This document shows positions 46,797-56,291 of a stretch of DNA of 64,000 nucleotides, in pieces. Every line of letters starts with the position of its first letter. Within the stretch, counting starts at the first letter, position 1. Source of the stretch: Patescibacteria group bacterium (GTDB lineage: Bacteria > Patescibacteriota > Gracilibacteria > UM-FILTER-43-11); assembly GCA_018813295.1 (NCBI GenBank), contig JAHJBZ010000033.1:7422-71421 (forward strand), written 5' to 3'. The notes under the pieces are model-generated. The model ran no database searches and had not been told where the DNA came from. It saw only the letters and a list, made by a program, of their open reading frames with translations. The position numbers and the translations under genes are program-made.

Positions 46797-47237
46797 TTTA
46801 TTTTTCGTCTCTTTCTTTGCAGGCGCTTTTTTCTTTTCTGCTTTGGCTTTCTCTTTTGCGGCTTCTAATTCTGCTTTTTCGGCTTCTTTAGCTTCAGTAT
46901 TTTCCCTGGCTTTGCGAGTGACTTTTTCTTCTACTGTTTCTTTTTTTGCTGCTTCTTTTCTCTTTTTGCTTTCGGCATGTTTTGCCTTAAGTTTCTCAGC
47001 AGCCTCCTGGCGAGCTCGGAATTTATCTACACGACCAGCTGTATCGATTAACATCTTCTCTCCGGTGTAAAATGGATGAGAAGCAGATGATATTTCAATA
47101 TTAATTACATAGTGATCAACACCATTAATTTTCTTGGTTTTTTCGGACTTAAGCGTTGAAACAGTCACAAATTCAGCACCACATGAGCTGTCTATAAATA
47201 CGACTGGATTTAATTTTGGGTGAATCTCTTTTTTCAT
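46794..47237 (-). CDS. rpmE: 50S ribosomal protein L31 (type B-like) with long charged C-terminal extension
   Basis: MKKEIHP, EISSASHPFYTG, DTAGRVDKF; lacks the four-Cys Zn motif. Confidence 0.93.
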   Translation of the reverse strand: MKKEIHPKLNPVVFIDSSCGAEFVTVSTLKSEKTKKINGVDHYVINIEISSASHPFYTGEKMLIDTAGRVDKFRARQEAAEKLKAKHAESKKRKEAAKKETVEEKVTRKARENTEAKEAEKAELEAAKEKAKAEKKKAPAKKETKNK

Positions 47238-47316
47238 AATAATTAATTTAGGTGGTAGGTGGTAGCTTTTTAGGATCTAAGAAGCTACAACCCAAAAGAA
47301 GCTATGAGATTTTAAG

Positions 47317-48423
47317 TTATTTCTTTCGTTTAGGCAAGACTTTTTTCTTCTTTTTATCCGGAAAAAGGGATTTGCGGCCTAAAAGTAAAATGATTAATAA
47401 TATGGTTACAGCTATTAGTGCAATGGTTTGCCATTTATAAATAACTTTTATGGTTATGATGCCTTCTCTGTATTCCCCTTTATTATCGGTTACTTTCAGG
47501 ATTACGTTGTAATTTCCCGTATTTTCAAAAACATGATCTATAACAACACCTGTGTCTGTTTGGCCATCATCAAAATACCATTCATACGTTACTATATCCC
47601 CATCAGGATCACGTGAATTTAAAGCATTAAAAGTTACTATGTCGCCTTTGCTGACGGTTGTGTTTTCGGTTTCGATTTCCGGAATAGGACCATGATTTTG
47701 ATTATTTATATCGCTGCTATCCCCGATTCCATCACCATCGTTATCAAAGGATTCGGTAGGATCATTAGGGAAGGCATCTGTATTATCTCCAACGCCATCA
47801 TCGTCACTGTCTACGCTCTCTCTTGTATTAAGCGGGAAGAGGTCTATGGTATCGGCTATGCCATCGTTATCGTCATCTGTATCTGCATTATCTCCAATCC
47901 CGTCAGCATCTGTATCCATTGATTCTGAGGGGTCATATGGAAAAGCATCAAACTGATCTGCTGTGCCATCATTATCGTCATCGTTATCAACGCTATCCCC
48001 AATACCATCTCCATCTGAATCTGTATCAACATAAATTGCTTTGGTGACTTTGTTGTTGGACGGGTCATCCCCTTCGGAATTCCATGGTACAACACGAACA
48101 CTTATGTTGTGACTACCAACTGACTGTCCTGTCCAATCAACGAAAACATCATCCGTTTTATTGGCTAAAACTGAAATTGGCTGATCTGTTCCAATAAATT
48201 CCTGTTTACTTTCATCATAAAACTTCACAACTCCAAAAAGGTCCTGATCGGAATTATTGGTAACAGTTGCATAGACTCGCACTGTTCTTCCTACAAGAAT
48301 ATTGCTTTCTGCCCTCACGCCATCCGAATTTATGGAAAGGTCTTTATTAAAATCCTGGGCGTAAAGTGGTTTCGAGATCAGCAGACAGGCAAAGAGGGCA
48401 ATAAGACGAATGAAATTTTTCAT
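47317..48423 (-). CDS. Surface protein: CARDB-like Ig, thrombospondin type 3-like Ca-binding repeats, PKD domain, C-terminal TM
   Basis: DSDGDGIGD...DAFP repeats; SRDPDGDIVTYEWYFDDG PKD. Confidence 0.85.
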   Translation of the reverse strand: MKNFIRLIALFACLLISKPLYAQDFNKDLSINSDGVRAESNILVGRTVRVYATVTNNSDQDLFGVVKFYDESKQEFIGTDQPISVLANKTDDVFVDWTGQSVGSHNISVRVVPWNSEGDDPSNNKVTKAIYVDTDSDGDGIGDSVDNDDDNDGTADQFDAFPYDPSESMDTDADGIGDNADTDDDNDGIADTIDLFPLNTRESVDSDDDGVGDNTDAFPNDPTESFDNDGDGIGDSSDINNQNHGPIPEIETENTTVSKGDIVTFNALNSRDPDGDIVTYEWYFDDGQTDTGVVIDHVFENTGNYNVILKVTDNKGEYREGIITIKVIYKWQTIALIAVTILLIILLLGRKSLFPDKKKKKVLPKRKK

Positions 48424-48432
48424 AACATTTTT

Positions 48433-48527
48433 TTAGGATTAAGTTTTAAACCTAAGTCATAAGTCCTAGGTCTTAAGTCATAAGTCAGCTTAAAACTTAG
48501 CTTAATCCTTATTTCTTAAGACTTAGG
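48433..48527. repeat. 7-nt periodic inverted hairpin (TAAG/CTTA family)
   Basis: ctaagtc ataagtc ctaggtc ttaagtc ataagtc / cttaaaa cttag cttaatc. Confidence 0.75.
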
Positions 48528-51215
48528 ATTTTTTTGATTCGGATTTTTAGGTTCGACAAGCGGTAATTCCTGCGTTTCAGCCTTATCCTCCTCAATAATG
48601 AGAGAGAGTGAAGCAACTTTATCAGGTCCATTTAAACGCATTACATAAACTCCTTGAGTTGCACGGCCTGTTGTTGGCAATTGATCGAGGGGTAAACGAA
48701 TCATTTGTCCCTGTTTTGACATCAGAATTAAATCGCCTATCATTTTATTATGAATAACCCTTGCTCCAACTACTTTGCCAGTCTTTGCTGTTAGCTGAGC
48801 GGTTTTAACACCACTTCCTCCGCGGCCTTGGAAGCGATAATCTGTAACTTGAGTTGTCTTGCCAAGTCCATTTTCCATCACAACAAGGAAACGACTTATT
48901 TCTTCATCTTTTATCACATCCATTGCAACAACTTCGTCATCATTTCCTTTTAATCTTATTCCGCGGACACCCATACTAGGCCTACCCATTGGCCGAACAT
49001 CACTTTGTTTAAATCGAATACATTGCCCGTTTCTTGTAGCGATAATTACCTGCTGTCCAGATGATGTTGGTAGTACCCAATCGAGCAGATCTCCATCGCG
49101 TAATTTGATAGCAATAAGACCTGATTTTCGTACGTTTTTGAAATCCTCAACTTTCGTCTTTTTTACAGTGCCTTTTGTGGTGGTCATGAATAAGTACTCA
49201 CCTGTATTTTTGGTTTTATCCAACATCGCAGTAACGGTTTCTTCTGGGTCTAGCTGTAATAAGTTGACTATTGCCTGCCCTTTGGTTGTACGACTGGATT
49301 GAGGTACTTCGTATGCCGGCAGACAGAAAACGCGGCCTTTGTTGGTGAAATAAAGGATGTCATCGTGAGTCATAACATGAACGATACTTGAAATTTCATC
49401 CTCTTCTTTTGTGCTCATTCCAATTACACCTTTACCGCCACGACCTTGAGTGCGATATACACTTGGGCTCATGCGTTTGATGTAGCCTCCTTTGGTAAGC
49501 GCAACGATCATCGGCTCATTTGGTATAATGGATTTGGCATTAAACTCACCAATAGCATGAGGTATCACTTCTGTGCGACGTTCGTCACCATATTTATCGA
49601 TAATTTCTTTAGTTTCATCTTTAACAATTGACAATATCTTCTTAGAATCACCTAAAATTGCCTTACACTCTTTGATGAAATCCAATTTTTCTTTAAGTTC
49701 ATCCTCAATTTTCTTTCGTTCAAGACCAGCTAAAGTTTGCAAACGCATTTCGAGTATAGCTTTTGCTTGAATTTCTGTGAGTTTGAATTTTTTAACTAAA
49801 TTTTCTTTCGCAAGCTCTTTGGTTTCGGACTTTTTGATTGTTTCAATAACCTTATCTATGTCATCCAAAGCTATTTTTAATCCCTCTAAGATGTGTGCCC
49901 GTGCTTCTGCCACTCGGAGTTCGTATTCGGTCCGACGAGTAATTACCACTTGGCGATGGCTTATAAATTGTTCTAAGATCGCCTTTAGATCGAGCAATCG
50001 AGGCTGAATGCCATCTATCAAAGCGATTACATTGAAACCGAAAGAGCTTTGAAGCTGGGTAAATTTATATAATTGATTTAAAACTTTTTTTGGATAAGCA
50101 TCGCGTTTTAACTCAATCGCAACTCTTACGCCTTCACGGTTAGATTCGTCACGCAAATCTGAAATGCCAATTATTTTTTTATCACGTACAAGATCGGCAA
50201 TTTTTTCAACTAGTGATGCCTTATTAACCTGATAAGGAATTTCTGTAATTATAATTTGGTGTCTACCTCCTTTCATTTCTTCGATATCTGCCTTTCCGCG
50301 CATAATAACACTTCCACGACCAGTTGCGTATGCTGTTTTAATCGCTTCAGTATCGTAAATCATTCCACCAGTTGGGAAATCAGGACCTTTAATAAATTCC
50401 ATCAAATCATCGATATCCGCTTCTGGATTGTCGATTAAGTGCATAACCGCCCCCATCACCTCTGTAAGGTTATGAGGCGGAATATTTGTAGCCATACCTA
50501 CCGCAATACCCATTGATCCATTGAGAAGAAGTGCCGGAATGCGTGCCGGAAGAACTACTGGTTCTTTTAAACGACCATCGTAATTTGGACGGAAATCGAC
50601 TGTATCTTTTTCGATATCAGCTAGTATTTCATCCGTGATCTTTTCCATTTTAGCCTCGGTATAACGCATGGCAGCAGCATTGTCGCCGTCCATGGAACCG
50701 AAGTTACCCTGGCCATTTACGAGCGGATAGCGCATGGCAAAATCTTGCGCCATACGAACCATAGAATCATATACAGCAGTATCACCATGTGGATGATATT
50801 TACCTAAAACATCACCAACAACCGTCGCGGATTTTCGGAATTTTCCACCTGAGCGCAGACCAATTTCGTGCATGGAATAAAGAATACGGCGGTGAACTGG
50901 TTCTAAACCATCGCGGACGTCGGGAAGTGCACGAGAAACAATCACACTCATCGCGTAATCCAAATAACAATCTTCCATTTCCTTTACGATATCTCGCATG
51001 GAGTCATTTTCTGCTAATTCAGTCGGAGTTATGGTGTTTTTATCACCCCCATCATCCGCCGCGGCGGATGTTTCAGGTTTATCCTCCTCGGACTCAGAAT
51101 CGTCGACTGTTTTATCGTCTTCTTCAGCAGACTCCTCAGGGAGTAATTCTGGTTGTTCATTTTCCTCGGGAATATCATTTTTTTCTTCTTTTGGATCAGT
51201 ATCTTTTTTAGGCAC
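48516..51215 (-). CDS. gyrA: DNA gyrase subunit A with acidic N-terminal extension
   Basis: [26 protein letters not shown], GyrA-box QGRGGKG. Confidence 0.96.
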   Translation of the reverse strand: MPKKDTDPKEEKNDIPEENEQPELLPEESAEEDDKTVDDSESEEDKPETSAAADDGGDKNTITPTELAENDSMRDIVKEMEDCYLDYAMSVIVSRALPDVRDGLEPVHRRILYSMHEIGLRSGGKFRKSATVVGDVLGKYHPHGDTAVYDSMVRMAQDFAMRYPLVNGQGNFGSMDGDNAAAMRYTEAKMEKITDEILADIEKDTVDFRPNYDGRLKEPVVLPARIPALLLNGSMGIAVGMATNIPPHNLTEVMGAVMHLIDNPEADIDDLMEFIKGPDFPTGGMIYDTEAIKTAYATGRGSVIMRGKADIEEMKGGRHQIIITEIPYQVNKASLVEKIADLVRDKKIIGISDLRDESNREGVRVAIELKRDAYPKKVLNQLYKFTQLQSSFGFNVIALIDGIQPRLLDLKAILEQFISHRQVVITRRTEYELRVAEARAHILEGLKIALDDIDKVIETIKKSETKELAKENLVKKFKLTEIQAKAILEMRLQTLAGLERKKIEDELKEKLDFIKECKAILGDSKKILSIVKDETKEIIDKYGDERRTEVIPHAIGEFNAKSIIPNEPMIVALTKGGYIKRMSPSVYRTQGRGGKGVIGMSTKEEDEISSIVHVMTHDDILYFTNKGRVFCLPAYEVPQSSRTTKGQAIVNLLQLDPEETVTAMLDKTKNTGEYLFMTTTKGTVKKTKVEDFKNVRKSGLIAIKLRDGDLLDWVLPTSSGQQVIIATRNGQCIRFKQSDVRPMGRPSMGVRGIRLKGNDDEVVAMDVIKDEEISRFLVVMENGLGKTTQVTDYRFQGRGGSGVKTAQLTAKTGKVVGARVIHNKMIGDLILMSKQGQMIRLPLDQLPTTGRATQGVYVMRLNGPDKVASLSLIIEEDKAETQELPLVEPKNPNQKNPKS

Positions 51216-51381
51216 GTTTTTGAATGTTTTAGTTATTAAATAATGCTAGCCAGTAAGCCAAAACTAGGCTAGGTGCTAACCTTGGGAATTGTATCACAAA
51301 GAAAAGTGGAAAAAAAGGGTTTTTTTAGCAAAAAAACTGGACAAAAGAGACATTATTTATCCGATAAGATTTAAGTGCTTG

Positions 51382-52158
51382 TTACTTTGAAACAGATCCT
51401 ACTAATTCTGGTATTGGTGCCGGTTTTGCTGAAGACGCAGAATTATTAGCCGGAGCGGTTTTTGCTTTTTTTGAGGCCATTTCTTCCATTAAATCAAGCT
51501 GTATCTGCTGAATTTCCAAAAGCCTTTGCCATTGACGCCCAAGCAGGTAGTCTAATTTTTCATTAAGCTGACGAATTTCAAGCTCGGCTTTTAAATTAAC
51601 ACGATAATCTTCCTCTGAACGCAATCTGTCACGATCTTCCTGCCTATTTTGGCTCATCATGATTATTGGAGCCTGAATTGCAGCCAGACATGAAAGAACT
51701 AAGTTTAAAAGGATAAAAGGATATGGATCAAAAGGTTTCGCAAGTAATACAAAAGCATTTATAATAATCCAGGTAAATAAAACCCCTCCAAATATCATTA
51801 AAAATCTCCAGCTTCCGCCAAATTCCGCAACTTTATCGGCAGTCTTTTCGCCTACAGTAAGTTGACGGTCGAATGCAGTGTTGATGTTTTGAGCAATAAG
51901 TTCATGTTCTTTCAAACCCTTTAAAACATGGCGCTCAAGCGTTGAAATGTCACCTTTTTGCTTTTTTACAACTTCTTCAACATATTGGTTTCTAAACTGG
52001 TTAAGATCTTCCATACAAATAGAACCAGCCCCATCCCAATCTGGGTGTGCTTTTTTCATCAAGGCAACAACGCCATCACGTATCAAATCAACGCTGGTAA
52101 GCTGTTTAGTGGATTTTTGAAGGCCGCAAAGTGAACATTTAGCCGTAGCCTGTTGCAT
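51382..52158 (-). CDS. DUF1003 domain membrane protein
   Basis: ADKVAEFGGSW, FDPYPFILLNL, QAPIIMMSQNRQ, NLKAELEI. Confidence 0.9.
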   Translation of the reverse strand: MQQATAKCSLCGLQKSTKQLTSVDLIRDGVVALMKKAHPDWDGAGSICMEDLNQFRNQYVEEVVKKQKGDISTLERHVLKGLKEHELIAQNINTAFDRQLTVGEKTADKVAEFGGSWRFLMIFGGVLFTWIIINAFVLLAKPFDPYPFILLNLVLSCLAAIQAPIIMMSQNRQEDRDRLRSEEDYRVNLKAELEIRQLNEKLDYLLGRQWQRLLEIQQIQLDLMEEMASKKAKTAPANNSASSAKPAPIPELVGSVSK

Positions 52159-52187
52159 AATTCTGTTGTGGGGCTATTGTGGTTAAG

Positions 52188-52281
52188 ATGATATCCACGA
52201 TTGCGCCACTATTGCTCCACGCGAAGCAGCGCTGCCATAGGAATATCATTATATTATACCAAAAATAAGCCCCAAAGGCAA
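52188..52281 (-). promoter_or_regulatory. Promoter and structured 5' leader of the DUF1003 gene
   Basis: TTGCCT-17-TATAAT (52281-52253) followed by a ~60-nt hairpin ATGATAT...ATATCAT. Confidence 0.55.
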
Positions 52282-52303
52282 GGAGCGATAATTGATTTTT
52301 ATT

Positions 52304-52397
52304 TAAGAATATCGAATATCCAACATCGAACATCGAATTTTTTAAATACTTCTAAAATCATTATTCGATATTCGGTGTTCGATATTTATTAATATTT
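52304..52397. repeat. 7-nt periodic inverted hairpin (ATCGAAT/ATTCGAT)
   Basis: atcgaat atccaac atcgaac atcgaat / attcgat attcggt gttcgat att. Confidence 0.8.
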
Positions 52398-53061
52398 AAA
52401 TCCACTCAATCTCTTTAAGCCCATTTTCACGCAAATATTTATTCGCTTTACTAAAGTGCTTGCAACCAAAAAATCCACGATGTGCGGAAAGTGGAGATGG
52501 GTGTGGTGCTTTTAGGACAAGGTGCTTGCTATCATCAATCATCCACTCTTTGCTTTGCGCATAAGCACCCCAAAGCATGAAAACAACGTGTTCTTTTTTT
52601 TCGGAGATTAGACGTATAACCTCATCCGTAAACGTTTCCCAGCCTTTGTTTTGGTGGGAGGTCGGCATGCCGGCAACAACACTGAGTATTGCATTTAGGA
52701 GAAAAACTCCTTGCTCCGCCCAGTGCTCCAGATTTCCGTGTTTTGGAATCTCCCCGCCGACATCGGATTGGATTTCTTTATAAATATTAACGAGAGATGG
52801 TGGCATTGGGACTCCCTGATTTACTGAAAAACAAAGCCCATGTGCCTGCCCTGGGCCGTGGTATGGGTCTTGGCCGAGCATTACAACTTTTACTTTATCG
52901 AATGGGCAGAGATCGAAGGCCTTAAAAATATCTTTTGGTGGTGGAAAAACTTTTTTTACCCCATATTCCTCCCGGACGAAGTTTGTGAGTTCTTCGAAAT
53001 AAGGCTTGCTAAACTCTTCTTCTAGTACCTCTTGCCATGATTGCTCTATTTTGACGTCCAT
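52396..53061 (-). CDS. ung: Uracil-DNA glycosylase (family 1)
   Basis: GQDPYH, PPSLVNI, LLNAIL, HPSPLS. Confidence 0.97.
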   Translation of the reverse strand: MDVKIEQSWQEVLEEEFSKPYFEELTNFVREEYGVKKVFPPPKDIFKAFDLCPFDKVKVVMLGQDPYHGPGQAHGLCFSVNQGVPMPPSLVNIYKEIQSDVGGEIPKHGNLEHWAEQGVFLLNAILSVVAGMPTSHQNKGWETFTDEVIRLISEKKEHVVFMLWGAYAQSKEWMIDDSKHLVLKAPHPSPLSAHRGFFGCKHFSKANKYLRENGLKEIEWI

Positions 53062-53066
53062 AATTA

Positions 53067-53165
53067 AAACGATGCGACGATACGACGAAACAACGATACA
53101 ACAGGTTTGAAAATTTGAAAATCTGAAAAATAATTTTCAAGTTTTCATATTTTCATATTTTCATT
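53067..53165. repeat. Adjacent 8-nt periodic repeats (ACGAAACA arm and TGAAAA/TTTTCA hairpin)
   Basis: acgatgcg acgatacg acgaaaca acgataca; tgaaaatt tgaaaatc tgaaaa / ttttcaag ttttcata ttttcata ttttcat. Confidence 0.75.
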
Positions 53166-53177
53166 TACAATTGATTA

Positions 53178-54122
53178 GTGTTCCAATACATTGCTGACAT
53201 CATCACTTACAACTTATTTAGTTTGACGGAAGGTAGTCAGATAGCTTTGGCGACCAATTTTTTCTTTTATGACGTTTTAAAAATTCTGTTTTTGATTTTT
53301 ATGGTTGTAACGGTTATTGCTTTTCTGCGGTCATTTTTTGATCCGAATAAATTTAAACAATCGATGGCTAAATTGAAATGGGGTTCTGGTAATATCGCGG
53401 CTGCTTTGTTTGGTGCGGTGACCCCATTTTGTTCTTGCTCTTCAATTCCGCTTTTCGTCGGTTTTATTGAATCTAAACTTCCGCTTGGGATTGCTTTTTC
53501 GTTTTTGATCACTTCTCCGCTTGTAAATGAGGTGGCTTTTGTGATTATGGGCGGGCTTTTTGGGTGGAAACTTGCATTTATGTATGCTATTTCCGGAATA
53601 GCTTTGGGTGTTGTTGGTGGCTTGATTATTGGTGGACTGAAAATGGAAAAAGAGATTGTTTTAGAAGATGCTGAAGGTAAAAAACTTGAAAGCCAAATGC
53701 CAAAAAGCCTGGATGGCAAAGTTCGTTTTGCCTTTCGTTTTGGCTGGTGGACATTTAAAAAATTGCTTCCTTACGTGATTGGCGGTGTCGCAATAGGTGC
53801 TGTAATTCACGGCTATGTGCCACAAGAATTTTTTGTAAATACCATTGGAAAATATGAATTACTTTCCGTGCCTATTGCTGCAATTGTTGGTATTCCTATT
53901 TATGCTGGCTGTTCAACTGTTGTTCCGATTATATTTTCAATTACAGCAAATGGCGTACCACTCGGAACAGCCCTTGCTTTTATGATGGCTATTGCGGGGC
54001 TTTCGCTTCCAGAGGCTGTAATGCTAAAAAGAGTGCTCAGTTTAAAACTACTCGCCATATTCTTTGGACTTGTGGCGGTTGGAATTGTGATGATTGGGTA
54101 TTTGTTTAACTTTTTAAGTTAA
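53178..54122 (+). CDS. ArsP/DUF318-family permease
   Basis: TPFCSCSSIP, FLITSPLVNE, GTALAFMMA..GLSLPE. Confidence 0.88.
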   Translation: MFQYIADIITYNLFSLTEGSQIALATNFFFYDVLKILFLIFMVVTVIAFLRSFFDPNKFKQSMAKLKWGSGNIAAALFGAVTPFCSCSSIPLFVGFIESKLPLGIAFSFLITSPLVNEVAFVIMGGLFGWKLAFMYAISGIALGVVGGLIIGGLKMEKEIVLEDAEGKKLESQMPKSLDGKVRFAFRFGWWTFKKLLPYVIGGVAIGAVIHGYVPQEFFVNTIGKYELLSVPIAAIVGIPIYAGCSTVVPIIFSITANGVPLGTALAFMMAIAGLSLPEAVMLKRVLSLKLLAIFFGLVAVGIVMIGYLFNFLS

Positions 54123-54599
54123 TCCACCAAAACTCACTGCAATCCATCTTCCCACCCAATTTGTGATAAAGATTACAAGTAAGGCGATGCCCCAATGCTC
54201 ACCGACTATCTTCCAGGCGGGTTCTTTTTGATTTTGTGCCATCCAAAAGCTGATTAGGCCGAGCATAAGCATTCCCCAAATTATGCTAATTATAACCGCT
54301 TGCTGTAGGCCAAAAAATACAACTGGGATAACAAATGTTAAAGCGAACAATAATTTGGCGAGAAAGGTGGCAATTGTGGATTCCCAGACTTCCTTTTGCG
54401 TGTGAACATTTTCGGATTCTTCGGAAATGTGAATTCCAAGAGCGTCGGAAAAAGCATCGGCGATTGCGATTGTAAGTATGCCGCCAAGCACTGCCAGCTG
54501 GGAATGTGTACCGGAATACAGACCCACCATCATACCAAGTGTGGTGATGATACCGGAGGTTAGGCCGAAGCTTATGCCTTTTATATATGATAACTTCAT
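54114..54599 (-). CDS. VIT1/CCC1-like membrane protein
   Basis: SFGLTSGIITTLG, AIADAFSDALGIHISEE. Confidence 0.75.
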   Translation of the reverse strand: MKLSYIKGISFGLTSGIITTLGMMVGLYSGTHSQLAVLGGILTIAIADAFSDALGIHISEESENVHTQKEVWESTIATFLAKLLFALTFVIPVVFFGLQQAVIISIIWGMLMLGLISFWMAQNQKEPAWKIVGEHWGIALLVIFITNWVGRWIAVSFGGLT

Positions 54600-54604
54600 T
54601 CTTC

Positions 54605-54708
54605 GTAATTTTTAATTTTTAATTTTTAATTTTGTAAATAAGTAACAATTTTAAAATTCAAATTTAGAATTTATTTAAAAATTACAAAAATTACAATAAT
54701 TAAAAAAT
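54605..54708. repeat. 7-nt periodic AT-rich inverted hairpin (AATTTTT/AAAAATT)
   Basis: taatttt x4 / aaaaatt acaaaaatt acaataatt. Confidence 0.55.
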
Positions 54709-54725
54709 CGAGTACATTATATACC

Positions 54726-54758
54726 AAAAACAACCCCCATAACATGAGAGTTGTTCTT
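54726..54758 (-). terminator. Putative intrinsic terminator of the RRM gene
   Basis: AACAACTCTCAT-GTT-ATGGGGGTTGTT-TTT on minus strand. Confidence 0.6.
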
Positions 54759-54780
54759 TGAGATAGTTTTAAATAAAAAA

Positions 54781-55038
54781 TTATCTTTCTCGTGGTGGTC
54801 GAGCTTCGTTTACGATGATCTTACGACCGTCGAGTTCTTTTTCATGCCACATATCGATAGCTGCTTGAGCTTCTGCTTCTGTGGCCATGGTAACGAAACC
54901 GAAACCTTTTGAGCGACCAGAAAATTTATCAGTGATGATGATTGCTTCTTCGACTGTACCAGCCTGAGCAAAAGCATCACGAAATGCATCTTCTGTAATT
55001 TTGTAGGATAGATTTCCTACGTATAATTTTCTTTCCAT
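54781..55038 (-). CDS. RRM-domain RNA-binding protein
   Basis: RNP2 LYVGNL, RNP1 KGFGFV, VNEARP. Confidence 0.95.
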   Translation of the reverse strand: MERKLYVGNLSYKITEDAFRDAFAQAGTVEEAIIITDKFSGRSKGFGFVTMATEAEAQAAIDMWHEKELDGRKIIVNEARPPRER

Positions 55039-55168
55039 TATGGTAAAAAATTAAGTAAATAAATGCGAACCTTCTCACTATGACTTCTATCCTTGGTGTC
55101 ATGAGAAGCGTTGATCACACTCATTCACTCAGAGAAAGAAAAACAAACTAGAGAAAAATTACTGCGAA

Positions 55169-55197
55169 AGTATAGTGTAGAAAGGATTTTTAGTCAA
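55169..55197 (-). promoter_or_regulatory. sigma70 promoter of the RRM gene (long leader)
   Basis: TTGACT-17-TATACT. Confidence 0.65.
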
Positions 55198-55311
55198 GTT
55201 GTTTGTAAACTTTAATAAGACTTTAAGTGGATTTTCCTTTGTTCAGATAAAATCCCCCTTTGTTAAATTATCAAAAATAATTTGTCACCTTTAGCGACAA
55301 TATATTTTTGA

Positions 55312-55401
55312 TGGCGGAGAGACAGGGATTCGAACCCTGGAGACCTTTGCAGGCCTAACGGTTTTCAAGACCGCCGCATTCGACCGCTCTGCCATCTCTC
55401 C
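55312..55401 (-). tRNA. tRNA-Ser (anticodon TGA)
   Basis: GGAGAGATGGCAGAGCGGTCGAATGCGGCGGTCTTGAAAACCG...long variable arm...GTTCGAATCC...CCA. Confidence 0.96.
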
Positions 55402-55487
55402 ATATGCAGGGAAAAGTTTAGGGAAAACGATGCTAAAAAGCAAGTTGAGTTGTGCTAAAATGTAGAAGCTCAATTTCGCTACTACCT

Positions 55488-55820
55488 ATGAAAAAACAAC
55501 ACCGCCTTGTTTATTGGCTTCCGAGAGTTTTGACTATTATATATATAGTATTTATCAGTCTTTTTGCTTTAGATACTTTAGGTGAAGAAAATTTTTTCAT
55601 TCCATTACTTATCCATCTCATCCCTAGTTTCGTTTTGATAGCAGTGCTGTGGATGTCCTGGAAGAAAGAAGTGATCGGTGGAATTATGTTTTTGGCATTT
55701 GCAATTTTTTATTTAACCATCTCCTGGGGAAAAGCCGACCCATTTGCATATTTGGTAATGATAGGTCCGCTACTTTTGATCAGCTTCCTCTTTTTTGGAA
55801 ATTATATAATTAAAAAATAA
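55488..55820 (+). CDS. Small hypothetical membrane protein
   Basis: WLPRVLTIIYIVFISLFALD; ~4 TM. Confidence 0.7.
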   Translation: MKKQHRLVYWLPRVLTIIYIVFISLFALDTLGEENFFIPLLIHLIPSFVLIAVLWMSWKKEVIGGIMFLAFAIFYLTISWGKADPFAYLVMIGPLLLISFLFFGNYIIKK

Positions 55821-55823
55821 ATT

Positions 55824-56291
55824 ATGGATCTATTTGAAGCTATAAAAAATCGCCATATGTGCCGGAATTTTGATACGGAAAAAGCTATACCGGATGATGT
55901 TATGGAAAAATTGATTGATGCCGGCAAAAGCGCCCCTTCAGCCGGGGGACTAAAGGATCAGAGGTTTAAAGTGGTATCGGATTGGGAGACAAAAAATATG
56001 CTGGTTGAAGCATCACTGGATCAAAAGCAACTTGCTGATGCTTCAGCTGTAATTGTTGTTTCTTCGGATTTGGATGTGATGGGAGGAAAATATGGCGATA
56101 GAGGGGAAAAATTATATGCCGCACAGGATTGTGCCGCATCTGTTCAAAATATCCTGCTTGCCTGCACAGCTTTAGGATTAGGGGCTTGCTGGATTGGCGC
56201 TTTTGATGCAGAAAGTGTGAAAAAGATTTTGGATTTGCCGGACAGTTATAAGACTACAATTTTGGTGGCGGTTGGATACGAAAAATTGTGA
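55824..56291 (+). CDS. Nitroreductase family protein
   Basis: AIKNRHMCRNF, SAPSAG, QNILLACTALGLGACWIG. Confidence 0.92.
   Translation: MDLFEAIKNRHMCRNFDTEKAIPDDVMEKLIDAGKSAPSAGGLKDQRFKVVSDWETKNMLVEASLDQKQLADASAVIVVSSDLDVMGGKYGDRGEKLYAAQDCAASVQNILLACTALGLGACWIGAFDAESVKKILDLPDSYKTTILVAVGYEKL

Noticed and set aside
50901-50903. GyrA GLEPVHRR instead of the usual GLKPVHRR
   Set aside because: Single-base difference (GAA vs AAA) that cannot be distinguished from a sequencing error without reads
29106-55267. Shared AAATCCCCCTTT..TAAA motif at ~29106 and ~55249
   Set aside because: Only two intergenic copies, no consistent spacing to a second promoter box, and the same string arises from KGGF codons at 35165
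55200-55460. Genomic island integrated at tRNA-Ser
   Set aside because: No integrase and no duplicated tRNA 3' end seen in the window
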